This document shows, one piece after another, positions 49,334 through 59,896 of a stretch of DNA of 64,000 nt. Location: assembly GCA_964491235.1 (NCBI GenBank), contig CAZBFN010000007.1, positions 54,728-118,727 on the forward strand, written 5' to 3'. Made by a program: the position numbers and the translations under genes. The DNA comes from an uncultured Roseburia sp. (GTDB taxonomy: Bacteria > Bacillota > Clostridia > Lachnospirales > Lachnospiraceae). The notes beneath the pieces are model-generated. The model saw only the letters and a list, made by a program, of their open reading frames with translations, did no database searches and was not told where the DNA came from. Position 1 is the first letter of the stretch, and every line of letters begins with the position of its first letter.

Positions 49334-50821
49334 TTACTGGCGGATATCTACATATCCCACTGCAAGGGAATTATCACTGAACTCAGCTGCTCCACCATAG
49401 GTATCCATATTCAGATACATATATCCTAATTCCTCCTCTGGTACGACCCAAGCCATATGCACGGTTACCGTCTCACCCGGCTGAATACTTGCGATATAGT
49501 TATTTCCACGATCGCCGCCATAGACATCGTAGTACCACATTTCCTGATGCATTGCCACTCCATCATAGTACACCTCATCCCATGCTTCGCCATCCTCTGG
49601 CTCCTCTCCGTAGTACATACGCATGTACGCACCGTCTTCTCTTATCTTTGATAGATTTCCGATAAATAATACATCTGTTAATTCTGTATCTCCTGTATTG
49701 GTATACTCTACGGTGACATATACCAGCTTCTGGGATACTTCTCTTGTCTGCACGATCTCATCCAATGTATTGACACCATCACCATATTTGACATACTGAA
49801 GAGTCGCTGGAAGTAATTTACCAGAAGAATCTAACTCCGCTGCAATTTCTTTTTGTAAGTCAGTGTCCATTACAGAGGAATCCAGCAGGCTGATATCATC
49901 GGATACCTGTACCTCTGCAATTTTGACCATAAGTCCCTGCTTGTCGGACTCTATTTCCTCTCCATTGATGCCTTCTAAGGAAAAGCTCTCTCCAATCTGA
50001 TGCGTATTTTCCATCTCCTCCTTTGCTACGGATGAGTCGGAATATCGCTCGGTGTCTGCCAGCGCCTCGTCCATCTGCAGAGATTCCACATATGCGCTCC
50101 ATGCATAGGCTCTGATGATGTCTTCTCCCTCTGCATCCTCCGCCACTGGAGTCACCTTCACGCTTTCAGCGATCTTTAATGCTTCTTCCTTTGTCACATC
50201 AGAACCGATATACATCTCCATCACATAATGTACATCTGTGTACGCCACATAAAGTCGCTGATTATTGGAACTTTCCTCTTTATATAGATTCTGCAATTTA
50301 AGCCATACGGCATCATATCCATTTACTGTAATATCCTCGCTGGAAAGCACATTTTCGGTCTGCATCGTAAACTGGGCATCTCCCTTGTCCATGTAATAAA
50401 AGCACATGGATATTCCACCCTGATACATATTATCCTCATAAGAGTACTTTCCCTCTTCTACCCTTACCATTCCCTCTGGCACATAACCGACCTCTAATTT
50501 CAGACATGATAGATTGTTCATTTCCTCAGTTCCTGCTTCAATCACTCCTGCACTATTACCATTTCCTTCTATGCTGGTCTCTACCCCATATCTTCCAATG
50601 GATCTGCTGTGCATCTGATAAACCACTCCTGCAAATACTGTGGTTCCAAGCGCCATTGCCGCCACCAAAGCCGCAATAAATGTTCTTCGCGCCATATGTT
50701 TCTTCTTACGATAAGTTGTATGTGATGTAGTCTTTACCTGTTTTGCCACTTCTCGCTCTACCATTGCCCGCATTTCCTCTGGCATTTTCGGAAATTCATG
50801 CTCCATATCTTCTAATCTCAT
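49334..50821 (-). CDS. Putative anti-sigma factor (DUF4179/DUF4367-like extracytoplasmic domain)
   Basis: Short cytoplasmic N-terminus, one TM helix, large acidic external domain; directly downstream of the ECF sigma. Confidence 0.65.
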   Translation of the reverse strand: MRLEDMEHEFPKMPEEMRAMVEREVAKQVKTTSHTTYRKKKHMARRTFIAALVAAMALGTTVFAGVVYQMHSRSIGRYGVETSIEGNGNSAGVIEAGTEEMNNLSCLKLEVGYVPEGMVRVEEGKYSYEDNMYQGGISMCFYYMDKGDAQFTMQTENVLSSEDITVNGYDAVWLKLQNLYKEESSNNQRLYVAYTDVHYVMEMYIGSDVTKEEALKIAESVKVTPVAEDAEGEDIIRAYAWSAYVESLQMDEALADTERYSDSSVAKEEMENTHQIGESFSLEGINGEEIESDKQGLMVKIAEVQVSDDISLLDSSVMDTDLQKEIAAELDSSGKLLPATLQYVKYGDGVNTLDEIVQTREVSQKLVYVTVEYTNTGDTELTDVLFIGNLSKIREDGAYMRMYYGEEPEDGEAWDEVYYDGVAMHQEMWYYDVYGGDRGNNYIASIQPGETVTVHMAWVVPEEELGYMYLNMDTYGGAAEFSDNSLAVGYVDIRQ

Positions 50822-50833
50822 AGGAATCCTCCT

Positions 50834-51304
50834 TTATTCTGCTAACGTCAACTCATTCTTCAATCTGGCTCTTGCCCTCGCCAAGCGGTTTTTTACCGCA
50901 CTTTCTGTGGTATCCATTAGACCCGCTATTTCCTTCACACTGTATCCCTCCATATAGTAAAGTGTAACGGAAAGTCTTGCCTCCTCTGGCAAGTGACTGA
51001 TTGCCTCGTACAGATCCGAATAGTCTGCCGTCTCTGTCACCTCTTCTTCCGGCGTATAGCTTTCTAACGATACGACCTTTTTTTCTTTACGCATAATGGC
51101 ATAGCACTCATTAATCAGTATCCTCACGAGCCATGTCTTAGCATAAGAATCCTTTTGTAAGGTATGTAAATTGGAAAACGCCTTTACGATTGCTTCCTGT
51201 ATTGCATCCCAGCAATCTGCATCATTTCGCAGCATTGTCTTTGCCACATGATACATGGTATCCTCTGATGCTATGATTAACTGTCCTAGTTCTTCTTTTT
51301 TCAT
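50834..51304 (-). CDS. ECF RNA polymerase sigma factor
   Basis: DAIQEA, KTWLVRILINEC and YSVKEIA...AVKNRLARAR motifs; RBS AAAGGA before MKKEE. Confidence 0.92.
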   Translation of the reverse strand: MKKEELGQLIIASEDTMYHVAKTMLRNDADCWDAIQEAIVKAFSNLHTLQKDSYAKTWLVRILINECYAIMRKEKKVVSLESYTPEEEVTETADYSDLYEAISHLPEEARLSVTLYYMEGYSVKEIAGLMDTTESAVKNRLARARARLKNELTLAE

Positions 51305-51474
51305 AACGTCCTTTCTGCCAGCTCCTGCTTCTGTCTTTGTTCGCGCGACGACAGTTCTTCTTTTGTTTACATAGATTAGATGCACGAACCCTCAAAATGG
51401 TCTCAAAAAAATTTGTGGTTGACAAATCTTTTTTGTCGTGGCTATAATACCTTTAATTGAAGCAGAACACAAGC

Positions 51475-51742
51475 TTTGACGGGAATAAGTAAGAATAAGT
51501 GGAGCGAACAGAAAGTAACCGGTTGATGAGAGGTGCATGGGAAGCTTATTACGAATACATCCCCGAGCTTCACACCGAATGTGATTTTCATTAGTAGGCT
51601 GTGACGTAGTGGTGCACGTTATCCGCACTTGAGTGTTGTCGGACACTTGCAGAGGTAGACAGTGCGAACTGTTTATGAAAAAAGGTGGTATCACGAGTAT
51701 TTCGTCCTTTTCAGTCTTTGACTGGAAAGGACGTTTTTTGCG
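51475..51742 (+). ncRNA. T-box leader (Tyr specifier)
   Basis: Promoter TTGACA-N18-TATAAT (51419-51448); specifier GAA-TAC (51556-51558); AAGGTGGTATCACG; terminator CGTCCTTTTCAGTC...GACTGGAAAGGACGTTTTTT. Confidence 0.92.
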
Positions 51743-51800
51743 TGAAAACAATGAGCAGTGCGAAATAAAAAACAAAAATAAAAAGGAGAGTATACAAACT

Positions 51801-53027
51801 ATGACATTATATGATGAATTAGTTGCCCGTGGCTTGATTGCCCAGGTAACCGACGAAGAAGAAATCAAGGATCTTATCAATAACGGTAAAGCTACTTTTT
51901 ACATCGGCTTTGACCCAACAGCAGACAGCCTTCATGTAGGACACTTCATGGCACTTTGCTTAATGAAGCGCCTTCAGATGGCAGGCAACAAGCCAATCGC
52001 CTTAATCGGCGGTGGTACTGCTATGATCGGAGACCCATCCGGACGTACCGACATGCGCCAGATGATGACTCCAGAGACAATTCAGCACAACTGTGACTGC
52101 TTCAAAGAACAGATGAGCCGCTTCATCGATTTTTCCGATGGCAAGGCGCTCATGGTAAACAATGCTGACTGGCTGATGGACTTAAATTACATCGATGTAC
52201 TTCGTGAGGTCGGAGCACACTTCTCTGTAAACCGTATGCTCACCGCAGAGTGCTACAAGCAGCGTATGGAGAAGGGATTAAGCTTCTTAGAGTTCAACTA
52301 CATGATCATGCAGAGCTACGACTTCTACACCCTGTACCAGAAGTACGGCTGTAACATGGAGTTCGGTGGAGATGACCAGTGGAGCAACATGCTGGGCGGT
52401 ACTGAGTTGATCCGTCGTAAGCTTGGTAAGGACGCTTACGCTATGACTATCAACCTGCTCTTAAACTCTGAGGGTAAGAAGATGGGTAAGACACAGTCTG
52501 GTGCGGTATGGCTCGATCCAAATAAGACATCCCCATTCGACTTCTTCCAGTACTGGAGAAATGTGGCTGACTCTGACGTATTAAAGTGTATTCGTATGCT
52601 GACCTTCCTTCCATTGGAAGAAATCGATGCTATGGAAAGCTGGGAGGGCGCACAGCTCAATCAGGCTAAGGAAATCCTCGCATTTGAGTTGACCAAGCTG
52701 GTACACGGCGAAGAGGAAGCTACTAAGGCAAGGGAAGCATCCCACGCACTGTTCGCAGGTGGCGGTGACTCCGCACATATGCCGACCGTAGAGCTCTCTG
52801 CTGCTGACTTCGCAGAAGGAGACTTAGATATTCTTGCTCTTCTCGTTAAGACAGAGCTTGCTCCATCTCGTTCCGATGCAAGACGTGCAGTAGAACAGGG
52901 TGGTGTTTCCGTTGCGGATACCAAGATTACCGATATTAAGACTATGTACAATGCTGACTCCTTCGGTACAGATGGATTGGTCGTTAAGCGCGGTAAGAAG
53001 AAGTTCGTTAAGGTACTTGTAAAATAA
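51801..53027 (+). CDS. tyrS: Tyrosine--tRNA ligase
   Basis: [24 protein letters not shown] and S4 domain motifs; RBS AAGGAG. Confidence 0.98.
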   Translation: MTLYDELVARGLIAQVTDEEEIKDLINNGKATFYIGFDPTADSLHVGHFMALCLMKRLQMAGNKPIALIGGGTAMIGDPSGRTDMRQMMTPETIQHNCDCFKEQMSRFIDFSDGKALMVNNADWLMDLNYIDVLREVGAHFSVNRMLTAECYKQRMEKGLSFLEFNYMIMQSYDFYTLYQKYGCNMEFGGDDQWSNMLGGTELIRRKLGKDAYAMTINLLLNSEGKKMGKTQSGAVWLDPNKTSPFDFFQYWRNVADSDVLKCIRMLTFLPLEEIDAMESWEGAQLNQAKEILAFELTKLVHGEEEATKAREASHALFAGGGDSAHMPTVELSAADFAEGDLDILALLVKTELAPSRSDARRAVEQGGVSVADTKITDIKTMYNADSFGTDGLVVKRGKKKFVKVLVK

Positions 53028-53057
53028 TTATTTAAAATTAGAATTTTCCTATGAATC

Positions 53058-53102
53058 AAAAACGCCAGCGTTTCAGATAATACACTGAAACGCTGGCGTT
53101 TT
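53058..53102. terminator. Bidirectional intrinsic terminator
   Basis: AAAACGCCAGCGTTTCAG-loop-CTGAAACGCTGGCGTTTT. Confidence 0.9.
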
Positions 53103-53116
53103 ATAATTCTTTTACC

Positions 53117-55825
53117 TTACTTCTTTTTCTTCTTAACAAATACAATCACACCTGCTGCCACCGCAACAACTGCTACCACACCAACAGCTACGAGTCCCTT
53201 ATTCATAGGCTTTGCCACTGCTGTGCCCTCTGTCACTGCCGCACCTTCGCCCTTGACTAAGACCATGGCGGAAATTGGTGCTACTGTCGCTGTGCCATTG
53301 GAGATGGTCTCAAGTACTTCTGTACCTGCCTTTTCACCATTGATATATACATCCCATACACCCTCTGGAAGTGTCACCTGTGTCTCCACAGTGTTTGGAT
53401 TAAAGATAACGAACATTCCCTCTGCACTGTCGCCATTTGCGCCAGCTTTGATCTCAAATGCTGTTACATTTGCATCCAAGCCTTCCACTGCGGTAATGTT
53501 GGCTGCCACATCCTCCGCATTCGTCATACGAAGTGCAGGATGTGCGCTTCGGAATGCGATCAAGCCCTTGTAATAGTTGTAGGTATTCCAGTACTCTTCT
53601 TCATTTAATGTATCCCACTTCAAGCTATTGACCGCATCGGAGGAACAATAACTATTTTCATCATATTCACCGTTTGCCTTTACCTTGGTACGAAGCATTT
53701 CCTCTCCTGCCTGCATAAAAGGAATACCCTGAGATGTCATGTAAATAGCCGCAGAGAGGTTATTCATGCGTACCCTATCTTCTCTGGATGCATTTAATGT
53801 GGAACGTGCAATACGATCGATAAGCGTTAAATTATCGTGGCAGGATGAATAGTTGACGGTCTGTGATGGTGAAGGACACCATTCAGCAGCGCCCAAAAAG
53901 TTCTGCGTAATGGTAGTTTCTAAACCTTCTGCTCCAGAAACATATCCCTTTTCTGATGTCTCGAATACACTTCCCTTTAATGCATCACGCAATGTATCGT
54001 TGAAATATGCAAAGTCTGGAGTCTCTGTGGAGTTGAGCTGTGTCGCCAACAGATAACCTTCCTTTGTCAAGGAAGTATCCATGGTCCAGCCTTCTCCGTA
54101 GAAAATAATATCTGGATACTCCTTATGTACTTCCTCGACCACTTCATTGATCGTCTCTGTATCAATCAATCCTACCAGGTCAAAACGGAATCCATCAATA
54201 TGGTACTCCTCCGCCCAATATTTTACAGAATCTACAATATATCTACGCACCATCGCTCTTTCGGATGCGTTATCATTACCACAACCAGATCCGCTGGAAT
54301 ACGTTCCTTCTTCATCAATACGTGAAAAATAGCCCGGCACGATCTTGTTGTAACAGAATTCGTTTTCATTGTATACATGATTATATACAACGTCCATTAC
54401 TACGCTGATGCCGTTATTATGAAGTCCCTGCACCATCTGCTTCATTTCTGCCACTCGCACTTCTCCATTGTATGGATCTGTGGAATACGAACCTTCTGGT
54501 ACATTATAATTCATTGGGTCATATCCCCAATTGAATCTTTCCTCATCCAATGCTGTCTCATCTATGGAGCCATAATCATAACATGGCAACACTTGCACAT
54601 GGGTAATTCCCAAATCCTTCATATGATCTATTCCGGTTGGAATTCCTGACTCTGTCGTAGTACCTGTCTCGATTACACCTAAGTATTTGCCCTTATTGGT
54701 AATTCCTGAGCTCTCATCACAAGATAAATCCCTTATATGCAATTCATAAATGACCGCATCTGTGTAATTCTCTCCCGCATGTGGATTCGTATCATTCTCC
54801 CATCCCTCAGGGTCTGTGGATGCAAGGTCAATAACCATGGCACGCTTTCCGTTTACACCAGTGGTTCTAGCATATGGATCACATGCCTCTGTCTCTTCCC
54901 CATTGATTGAGACCACATAGGTATAGTAGGTGCCGTTTAAGTCGCCTTCCTTCTCTGCTACCCATGTTCCGTTCACATCCGCCTGCATCTCGATCTGCTC
55001 AATTAGATCATCTGTACCCTCTGTTCCAGATTCATACAGATTTACTTTTACAGCTTCTGCTGTCGGTGCCCACACACGGAAAGCTGTCTTTTCACTGCTC
55101 CATGTTGCACCCAGATCTGTTCCTGTATAGGTGTACTCCTCTTCAAAGGCTTCTGAGGAATAGATATTTGGCATGACTACCTTATATTCATTTCCTTCAA
55201 ATAAAACGTTATAGTTCTTTGTCAGATCCAAAGGACTCTCCACAGAAAGAAGATACTCGAACTGATCCCCTTCCGTTACCTTCTCAATTGCCACTTCGCC
55301 GTCAGTACCCCTAACGGAAAATGTACTGTTTATGTCTCCTTCCACTTGACCTGTCATCTGTACTGTAATCGTCTGTGTCTCATCATCATATCTCGCCTTA
55401 GAAAGCTTAATTCCGTTCACAGCATCCTCACCATATTCCTTGGTATAGCCCTCCACACCAGACTCTACATAGATATGAACCGTACCGGAAACCATTTCCG
55501 TAAGGTCAATAAACTGGTCAGCATCAACATCCTTCGTCCAGTCAGCCGTTCTGACGATGAATCCAACGGAAGTCACTCCCGGTGTTATCACCTTTGTCGC
55601 TACCATCTCCCCGTCTTCCTCTTCAAAGGCATATCCGGCACCCTCGCCGCCTTCCTCCCAGAGCCAGACGTCCCATCCGTCGTAATTGCCATCCGCTCTG
55701 TGATAGTGCAGCTTCAGTGTCAGCTCTTCTGCCGCCTTCACCGTCACTGCATCCACAAAGGATGGTGCAAGTGTCATTACCAGCATCAGCACTGCCATAA
55801 TCAATGCTTTCACTTTTCGTTTCAT
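53117..55825 (-). CDS. pulA: Type I pullulanase (GH13) with N-terminal CBM41-like domain and C-terminal membrane anchor
   Basis: Signal peptide; NWGYDP, DVVYNH, DGFRFDLVG, YGEGW and CHDN motifs; TM helix plus KKKK. Confidence 0.93.
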   Translation of the reverse strand: MKRKVKALIMAVLMLVMTLAPSFVDAVTVKAAEELTLKLHYHRADGNYDGWDVWLWEEGGEGAGYAFEEEDGEMVATKVITPGVTSVGFIVRTADWTKDVDADQFIDLTEMVSGTVHIYVESGVEGYTKEYGEDAVNGIKLSKARYDDETQTITVQMTGQVEGDINSTFSVRGTDGEVAIEKVTEGDQFEYLLSVESPLDLTKNYNVLFEGNEYKVVMPNIYSSEAFEEEYTYTGTDLGATWSSEKTAFRVWAPTAEAVKVNLYESGTEGTDDLIEQIEMQADVNGTWVAEKEGDLNGTYYTYVVSINGEETEACDPYARTTGVNGKRAMVIDLASTDPEGWENDTNPHAGENYTDAVIYELHIRDLSCDESSGITNKGKYLGVIETGTTTESGIPTGIDHMKDLGITHVQVLPCYDYGSIDETALDEERFNWGYDPMNYNVPEGSYSTDPYNGEVRVAEMKQMVQGLHNNGISVVMDVVYNHVYNENEFCYNKIVPGYFSRIDEEGTYSSGSGCGNDNASERAMVRRYIVDSVKYWAEEYHIDGFRFDLVGLIDTETINEVVEEVHKEYPDIIFYGEGWTMDTSLTKEGYLLATQLNSTETPDFAYFNDTLRDALKGSVFETSEKGYVSGAEGLETTITQNFLGAAEWCPSPSQTVNYSSCHDNLTLIDRIARSTLNASREDRVRMNNLSAAIYMTSQGIPFMQAGEEMLRTKVKANGEYDENSYCSSDAVNSLKWDTLNEEEYWNTYNYYKGLIAFRSAHPALRMTNAEDVAANITAVEGLDANVTAFEIKAGANGDSAEGMFVIFNPNTVETQVTLPEGVWDVYINGEKAGTEVLETISNGTATVAPISAMVLVKGEGAAVTEGTAVAKPMNKGLVAVGVVAVVAVAAGVIVFVKKKKK

Positions 55826-55955
55826 AATAATACTTTCTCCCTTTTCCCATTATTTCCCGGATAGGTCTCCACAAAATCTCCGCCTCCCGAAATCTAGTCA
55901 AATTGTATCATATCCATTGTGAATAATAAATAGTTTTTGGTTATTTTTTCCTGTT

Positions 55956-55973
55956 TTTCGAAACGTTTCGAAA
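55956..55973. promoter_or_regulatory. LacI-family type operator
   Basis: Perfect 18-bp palindrome TTTCGAAACGTTTCGAAA upstream of the pullulanase. Confidence 0.6.
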
Positions 55974-56026
55974 CAAAAAAGCAAAAATCGGCGTCCACCC
56001 AACTCTACTGGTGACGCCGACTTTAC

Positions 56027-56752
56027 TTATGTAACATTTTCTTCTAACAGCTTATTGTACTGTTTTCTAAAGCTCTTCTTCCGATCTTCACTGATTGGCA
56101 GCTTCGTTCCATCTATCAACGTTATCTCTGTTTTTGAGCAGGATCTAATGTGATGATAATTTACAAGATATGACTGGTGAATCCTTATAAACGGAATCTT
56201 CCCATCCGCCAGCCACGTTTCCACCTCAAATAATTTTCCGTTGAAGGTCTCCGTGCTCGCATTTTGGATATATACATTGATTTTTCGTCCCTTGCTTTCA
56301 AAATACAAGATATCACTACATGGAATTTTATAGTCTTCGCTTTTGTAACGAAAAGAAAAATAGAATTTTTGATTACAGATTTTCTGATTGGCATCCATAA
56401 GAATTGCTTCAAAGTTCTCGATGTCTATTGGCTTTCGGATAAACGCAAAAACATCTAAGCGGAACAACTCCATGATATATTCATCATGCTCCGATACATA
56501 AATTAACAATACATTTTTGTCCACTTTTCTGATGCTTTCTGCTGTTGCTATTCCCGCCCTATTTGCCATCTGGATGTTCAGATAGATCAAATCATAGCGC
56601 ACTCCCTGTAAAATCTCTTTCTCTAACGAATCTCCGCTACAAAAAACGTCCGTATCTACTGGTATTCCATTCCTATCACAAATATACAAAATGATAGTTT
56701 CTATCTGGCTGGTAATCACGTTTCTGTCGTTACAAATAGCAACTTTTATCAT
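56027..56752 (-). CDS. LytTR family regulator with degenerate receiver domain
   Basis: AICND (canonical DD) and YLNIQM (phosphoacceptor D to N); LytTR domain RIHQSYLVN, LPIS. Confidence 0.88.
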   Translation of the reverse strand: MIKVAICNDRNVITSQIETIILYICDRNGIPVDTDVFCSGDSLEKEILQGVRYDLIYLNIQMANRAGIATAESIRKVDKNVLLIYVSEHDEYIMELFRLDVFAFIRKPIDIENFEAILMDANQKICNQKFYFSFRYKSEDYKIPCSDILYFESKGRKINVYIQNASTETFNGKLFEVETWLADGKIPFIRIHQSYLVNYHHIRSCSKTEITLIDGTKLPISEDRKKSFRKQYNKLLEENVT

Positions 56753-56876
56753 TCTTACCCCTCTTTTACTGCTTCAAGCCACTTTAACTAGTCTCGAAAA
56801 ACTCCTTTCTTATTACCACTTAGAAATGTTCATAATATCACTATACCATGAAACCATAATAAAGAAAAGAAAGAGG

Positions 56877-58739
56877 TCACCCTCTTTCCTTTTCTTCCCA
56901 TATAACACTGACCTTCTGGTCGGTGAATACAAATCCATAATATGTCCCATTTACCGGGTTTTCGCTCCAATAGATGCGGTTCTCCCCTTCTTCAATCTGA
57001 AGATCACCACCCACTTTCTCTTTTACTTCTTCCAAAGACATGCCCATTGTAAACTCTTTACTTCTACTTCCACCTGCCTGCATCAATACCTGATACAATT
57101 CTCCCTTATCATCAAAATACAAGAAATATCTGCTATCTTCCACCACCATATAGGATGGACTATCTTCATTATCCTCCACGCTGCTGTAAAAATAATTTAA
57201 GCCGCCCGCTTCTAATAAATCCGCTACCTCCTGCTCCGTCATTCCAAAGCTACATTGATTTAAGATTTCCCGATTATATTCTTCAGAGTATTGGCGCAAT
57301 ATAACCGGAACAAACTCCTCCGAATAGCAATAGCTGGTCTCTTCCACCATATCATTCGTAACAGCAATTGTCTTTGTCTGGTTACCTAACCCCTCTCCGC
57401 AGGCCGTAATCGCTCCATTTTCCAATTCAACAAAAAGATTATAGGGATAGGTGGAATCTTGCCGTGCGATCTCTGGAATCTCTTTTTCGGCACTATTAAT
57501 CCCGATTTGTTCCGGCCATACCATCTTTACTTGATCTAATACCTTTTGTGGCTCACGAACATAATCATCCCTTTCTGAGACCTCTACACCACATTCCCCA
57601 AATATATTGAATCCCCAGGTATACAACTCTCCCTTTTCCGTAATTGCTGCCCCTGTATTATTCCCCGTCGTCGCATAAATACAGTGATCTAATATTTTTA
57701 CCGGAGAATTATATAACATTTTGACTAGGTTCGATGCATCCTCCTCGTTTTTCCAATAAAGCTCGCTCTGATTAGCATAACTCTGTGTACTGGAAACCGC
57801 CCTATATTGTCCCCACCACCATACACTGCCATCCATTTCAAGTGCCACGATCGCCTCTCTTCCCGCCCGTGCATATGCCACATTCTCCATAAGCAAGGTC
57901 GGCGTGGAGATCTTTTCATAAGCCTCTATGGAATCATATATGTCTGAACCATTCTCTTCCCCCAGTAATCCTGACAAACTAGCTCCCATTCCGTACAATT
58001 TTCCGTCTGAAGTCACTCTATTCGTGACATAATAATTGCCTAATTCAAATGATTCCTCTAATGGGATATCCTCTTCATAGAAAAACACATTATCGCTCGC
58101 CACCCATTCATCCCCATTCCAATAAACATAAGTGCCAGAACCTGCTTCCTCTCCGTATCCATTTACTTTAATGGCATTTATCTCCTGCTCGGGCAGAGGG
58201 GTGATAAGCTCCTCCTCACTCGTCATGGAAACAATTGGCTCTCCCAGAGGAAAAAAACTCTCTTTATACAGACTATATACGGTGGAATTCTCCATACCAT
58301 CCAATATGCTCAGCCTCTCGGTTATGTATAATTTCCCATTCACCTGCTCCATACTTAACACGTGAATATCCGAACTCCCATAATTACTGCTGGAATTCGT
58401 TATTTCTATCACAACGGCATCCTTTCCATCTGAAAAAATATCTCCCGTCGCCACTGTGATAAAATCCTGTTTCGCCTCCGTCCTTCCCTTAAACCGCATA
58501 CTTCCCGTCGCCCCGCTATCTAAGGTGACCGTAAGCAACGTATCATATGCCCCATTATCCAAAAGTCCCTCCACAACTACCTGATCCGCCATGCCATCCC
58601 CATCTACATCCGCGGTATCGCTCTGCCATAGGATATTGGTATTCGTCTCCACCTTCTGCACCACAGTTTCCTTCCCACATCCGCTGACTGCTATCACTGC
58701 GAACCAAAAAATAGGTATCACTTTTTCCAGATTCTTCAT
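56877..58739 (-). CDS. Lipoprotein with RCC1/BLIP-II-like repeats
   Basis: Start MKNLEK after GGAGG; lipobox VSGC; DVDGDG motif; repeats DGKLYGMG, DGSVWWWG and KGELYTWG.N..GECG. Confidence 0.72.
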   Translation of the reverse strand: MKNLEKVIPIFWFAVIAVSGCGKETVVQKVETNTNILWQSDTADVDGDGMADQVVVEGLLDNGAYDTLLTVTLDSGATGSMRFKGRTEAKQDFITVATGDIFSDGKDAVVIEITNSSSNYGSSDIHVLSMEQVNGKLYITERLSILDGMENSTVYSLYKESFFPLGEPIVSMTSEEELITPLPEQEINAIKVNGYGEEAGSGTYVYWNGDEWVASDNVFFYEEDIPLEESFELGNYYVTNRVTSDGKLYGMGASLSGLLGEENGSDIYDSIEAYEKISTPTLLMENVAYARAGREAIVALEMDGSVWWWGQYRAVSSTQSYANQSELYWKNEEDASNLVKMLYNSPVKILDHCIYATTGNNTGAAITEKGELYTWGFNIFGECGVEVSERDDYVREPQKVLDQVKMVWPEQIGINSAEKEIPEIARQDSTYPYNLFVELENGAITACGEGLGNQTKTIAVTNDMVEETSYCYSEEFVPVILRQYSEEYNREILNQCSFGMTEQEVADLLEAGGLNYFYSSVEDNEDSPSYMVVEDSRYFLYFDDKGELYQVLMQAGGSRSKEFTMGMSLEEVKEKVGGDLQIEEGENRIYWSENPVNGTYYGFVFTDQKVSVIWEEKERG

Positions 58740-58828
58740 TTCACCATACCTCCCCGTTTTATTTTTTGAATATTTAACCACATTTTCCCTTATAAAATCA
58801 TAAAACGACAAAATCACTGGCTCTGGAA

Positions 58829-59293
58829 TCATTTTTCGCTTATATTTTCTTTTATCGAGGACAGTACCTTCTTTAAGAATTCAGGAAGGATGACCCCCAT
58901 CCTTCCCGCATTCTCCAATATGGATAGCAACTCGTTAATGATGAACCATACAATTACTAACAGTCCAAAGATGGAATTCGTCTGATATTCCACACCGATT
59001 TCCCTCAGTAACTTTATGATTACATAATCGGTACAAATCGCCACCAATATCGTCAAAATATATCCTATTTTTTTATATATTCCTATGATGCTCTTTTTAC
59101 TGCTCCATCCATAGCAAGGGTCATCCGGATGGTCGATGGCTTCTCTTTTTGCCGCCAGCATTCCAGAAATATAATCCACGATCATCAAAATCGTAAGTAA
59201 CGTGAGCGCCGCACCTATAAAATTCAAATGCTCGCTAATTAATGTGCCGATTCCCGCAAAAACCCCTTTCGTAGTCAATATTCGCTTATCCAT
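58829..59293 (-). CDS. Phage-type holin (toxin secretion/phage lysis family)
   Basis: DYISGM, SKKSIIGIYKK and NELLSILENAGRMGV.LP..L motifs. Confidence 0.88.
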   Translation of the reverse strand: MDKRILTTKGVFAGIGTLISEHLNFIGAALTLLTILMIVDYISGMLAAKREAIDHPDDPCYGWSSKKSIIGIYKKIGYILTILVAICTDYVIIKLLREIGVEYQTNSIFGLLVIVWFIINELLSILENAGRMGVILPEFLKKVLSSIKENISEK

Positions 59294-59359
59294 ACCATCC
59301 TCCTTAAACTGCTGCCATTTCCTAATAAAAATACAGCTTAAGGCTCTTTGTAACCCGAA

Positions 59360-59896
59360 CTAATTAAAATATTCCTCCAAGAACAGCTCGCTCAATCCCT
59401 TCCTTACCCGGTGCACGTATTGTCGGGATAGACCTAATCGGTTTCCCACCTCCGCATCGGACAGATTTTCTCTCAGTATCAGATAGGATATCTCCCTTTT
59501 TTTCTCCGATAATTTTGCAATGATACACTTTACATCCTCATTAACGACCATTTCATCATATTCATTTTCCGTGTAACTAAGTGTTGTAAAATCCTCCACA
59601 TCGCTGTCGCCACACTCGTTATCATGATATTTGCGGCTATTCCTATACAGACCCAAGAACTTGTTTTTGACCGCAATATTTAGGTATTTCACTACTTGTC
59701 CATCATTTTCATAATATGTAATGTTATTGGTCGCCTCCCACAAAGCAAGCACCATCTCCGCATAAGTATCTTCTGCCTCATCCTTATATAAAAGTCTGAT
59801 ATATTTCTTTATCATCGGTGCAAATTTGTCTACCAGTAAATAAAACTTCTCCTTGTCCTCTTTGATCTCACAGATCACGTCAGTAATTTCCCCCAT
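59360..59896 (-). CDS. Alternative sigma factor-like protein (TcdR/BotR/UviA-like)
   Basis: LLVDKFAPMIKKY, AEDTYAEMVL, YL..AVKN and LS...R.I...LSDAEVG..LGLSRQYV motifs; RBS GGAGGG before MGEIT. Confidence 0.65.
   Translation of the reverse strand: MGEITDVICEIKEDKEKFYLLVDKFAPMIKKYIRLLYKDEAEDTYAEMVLALWEATNNITYYENDGQVVKYLNIAVKNKFLGLYRNSRKYHDNECGDSDVEDFTTLSYTENEYDEMVVNEDVKCIIAKLSEKKREISYLILRENLSDAEVGNRLGLSRQYVHRVRKGLSELFLEEYFN

Noticed and set aside
58829-59293. Holin as evidence of a prophage
   Set aside because: No integrase, terminase, capsid, tail or endolysin genes nearby.
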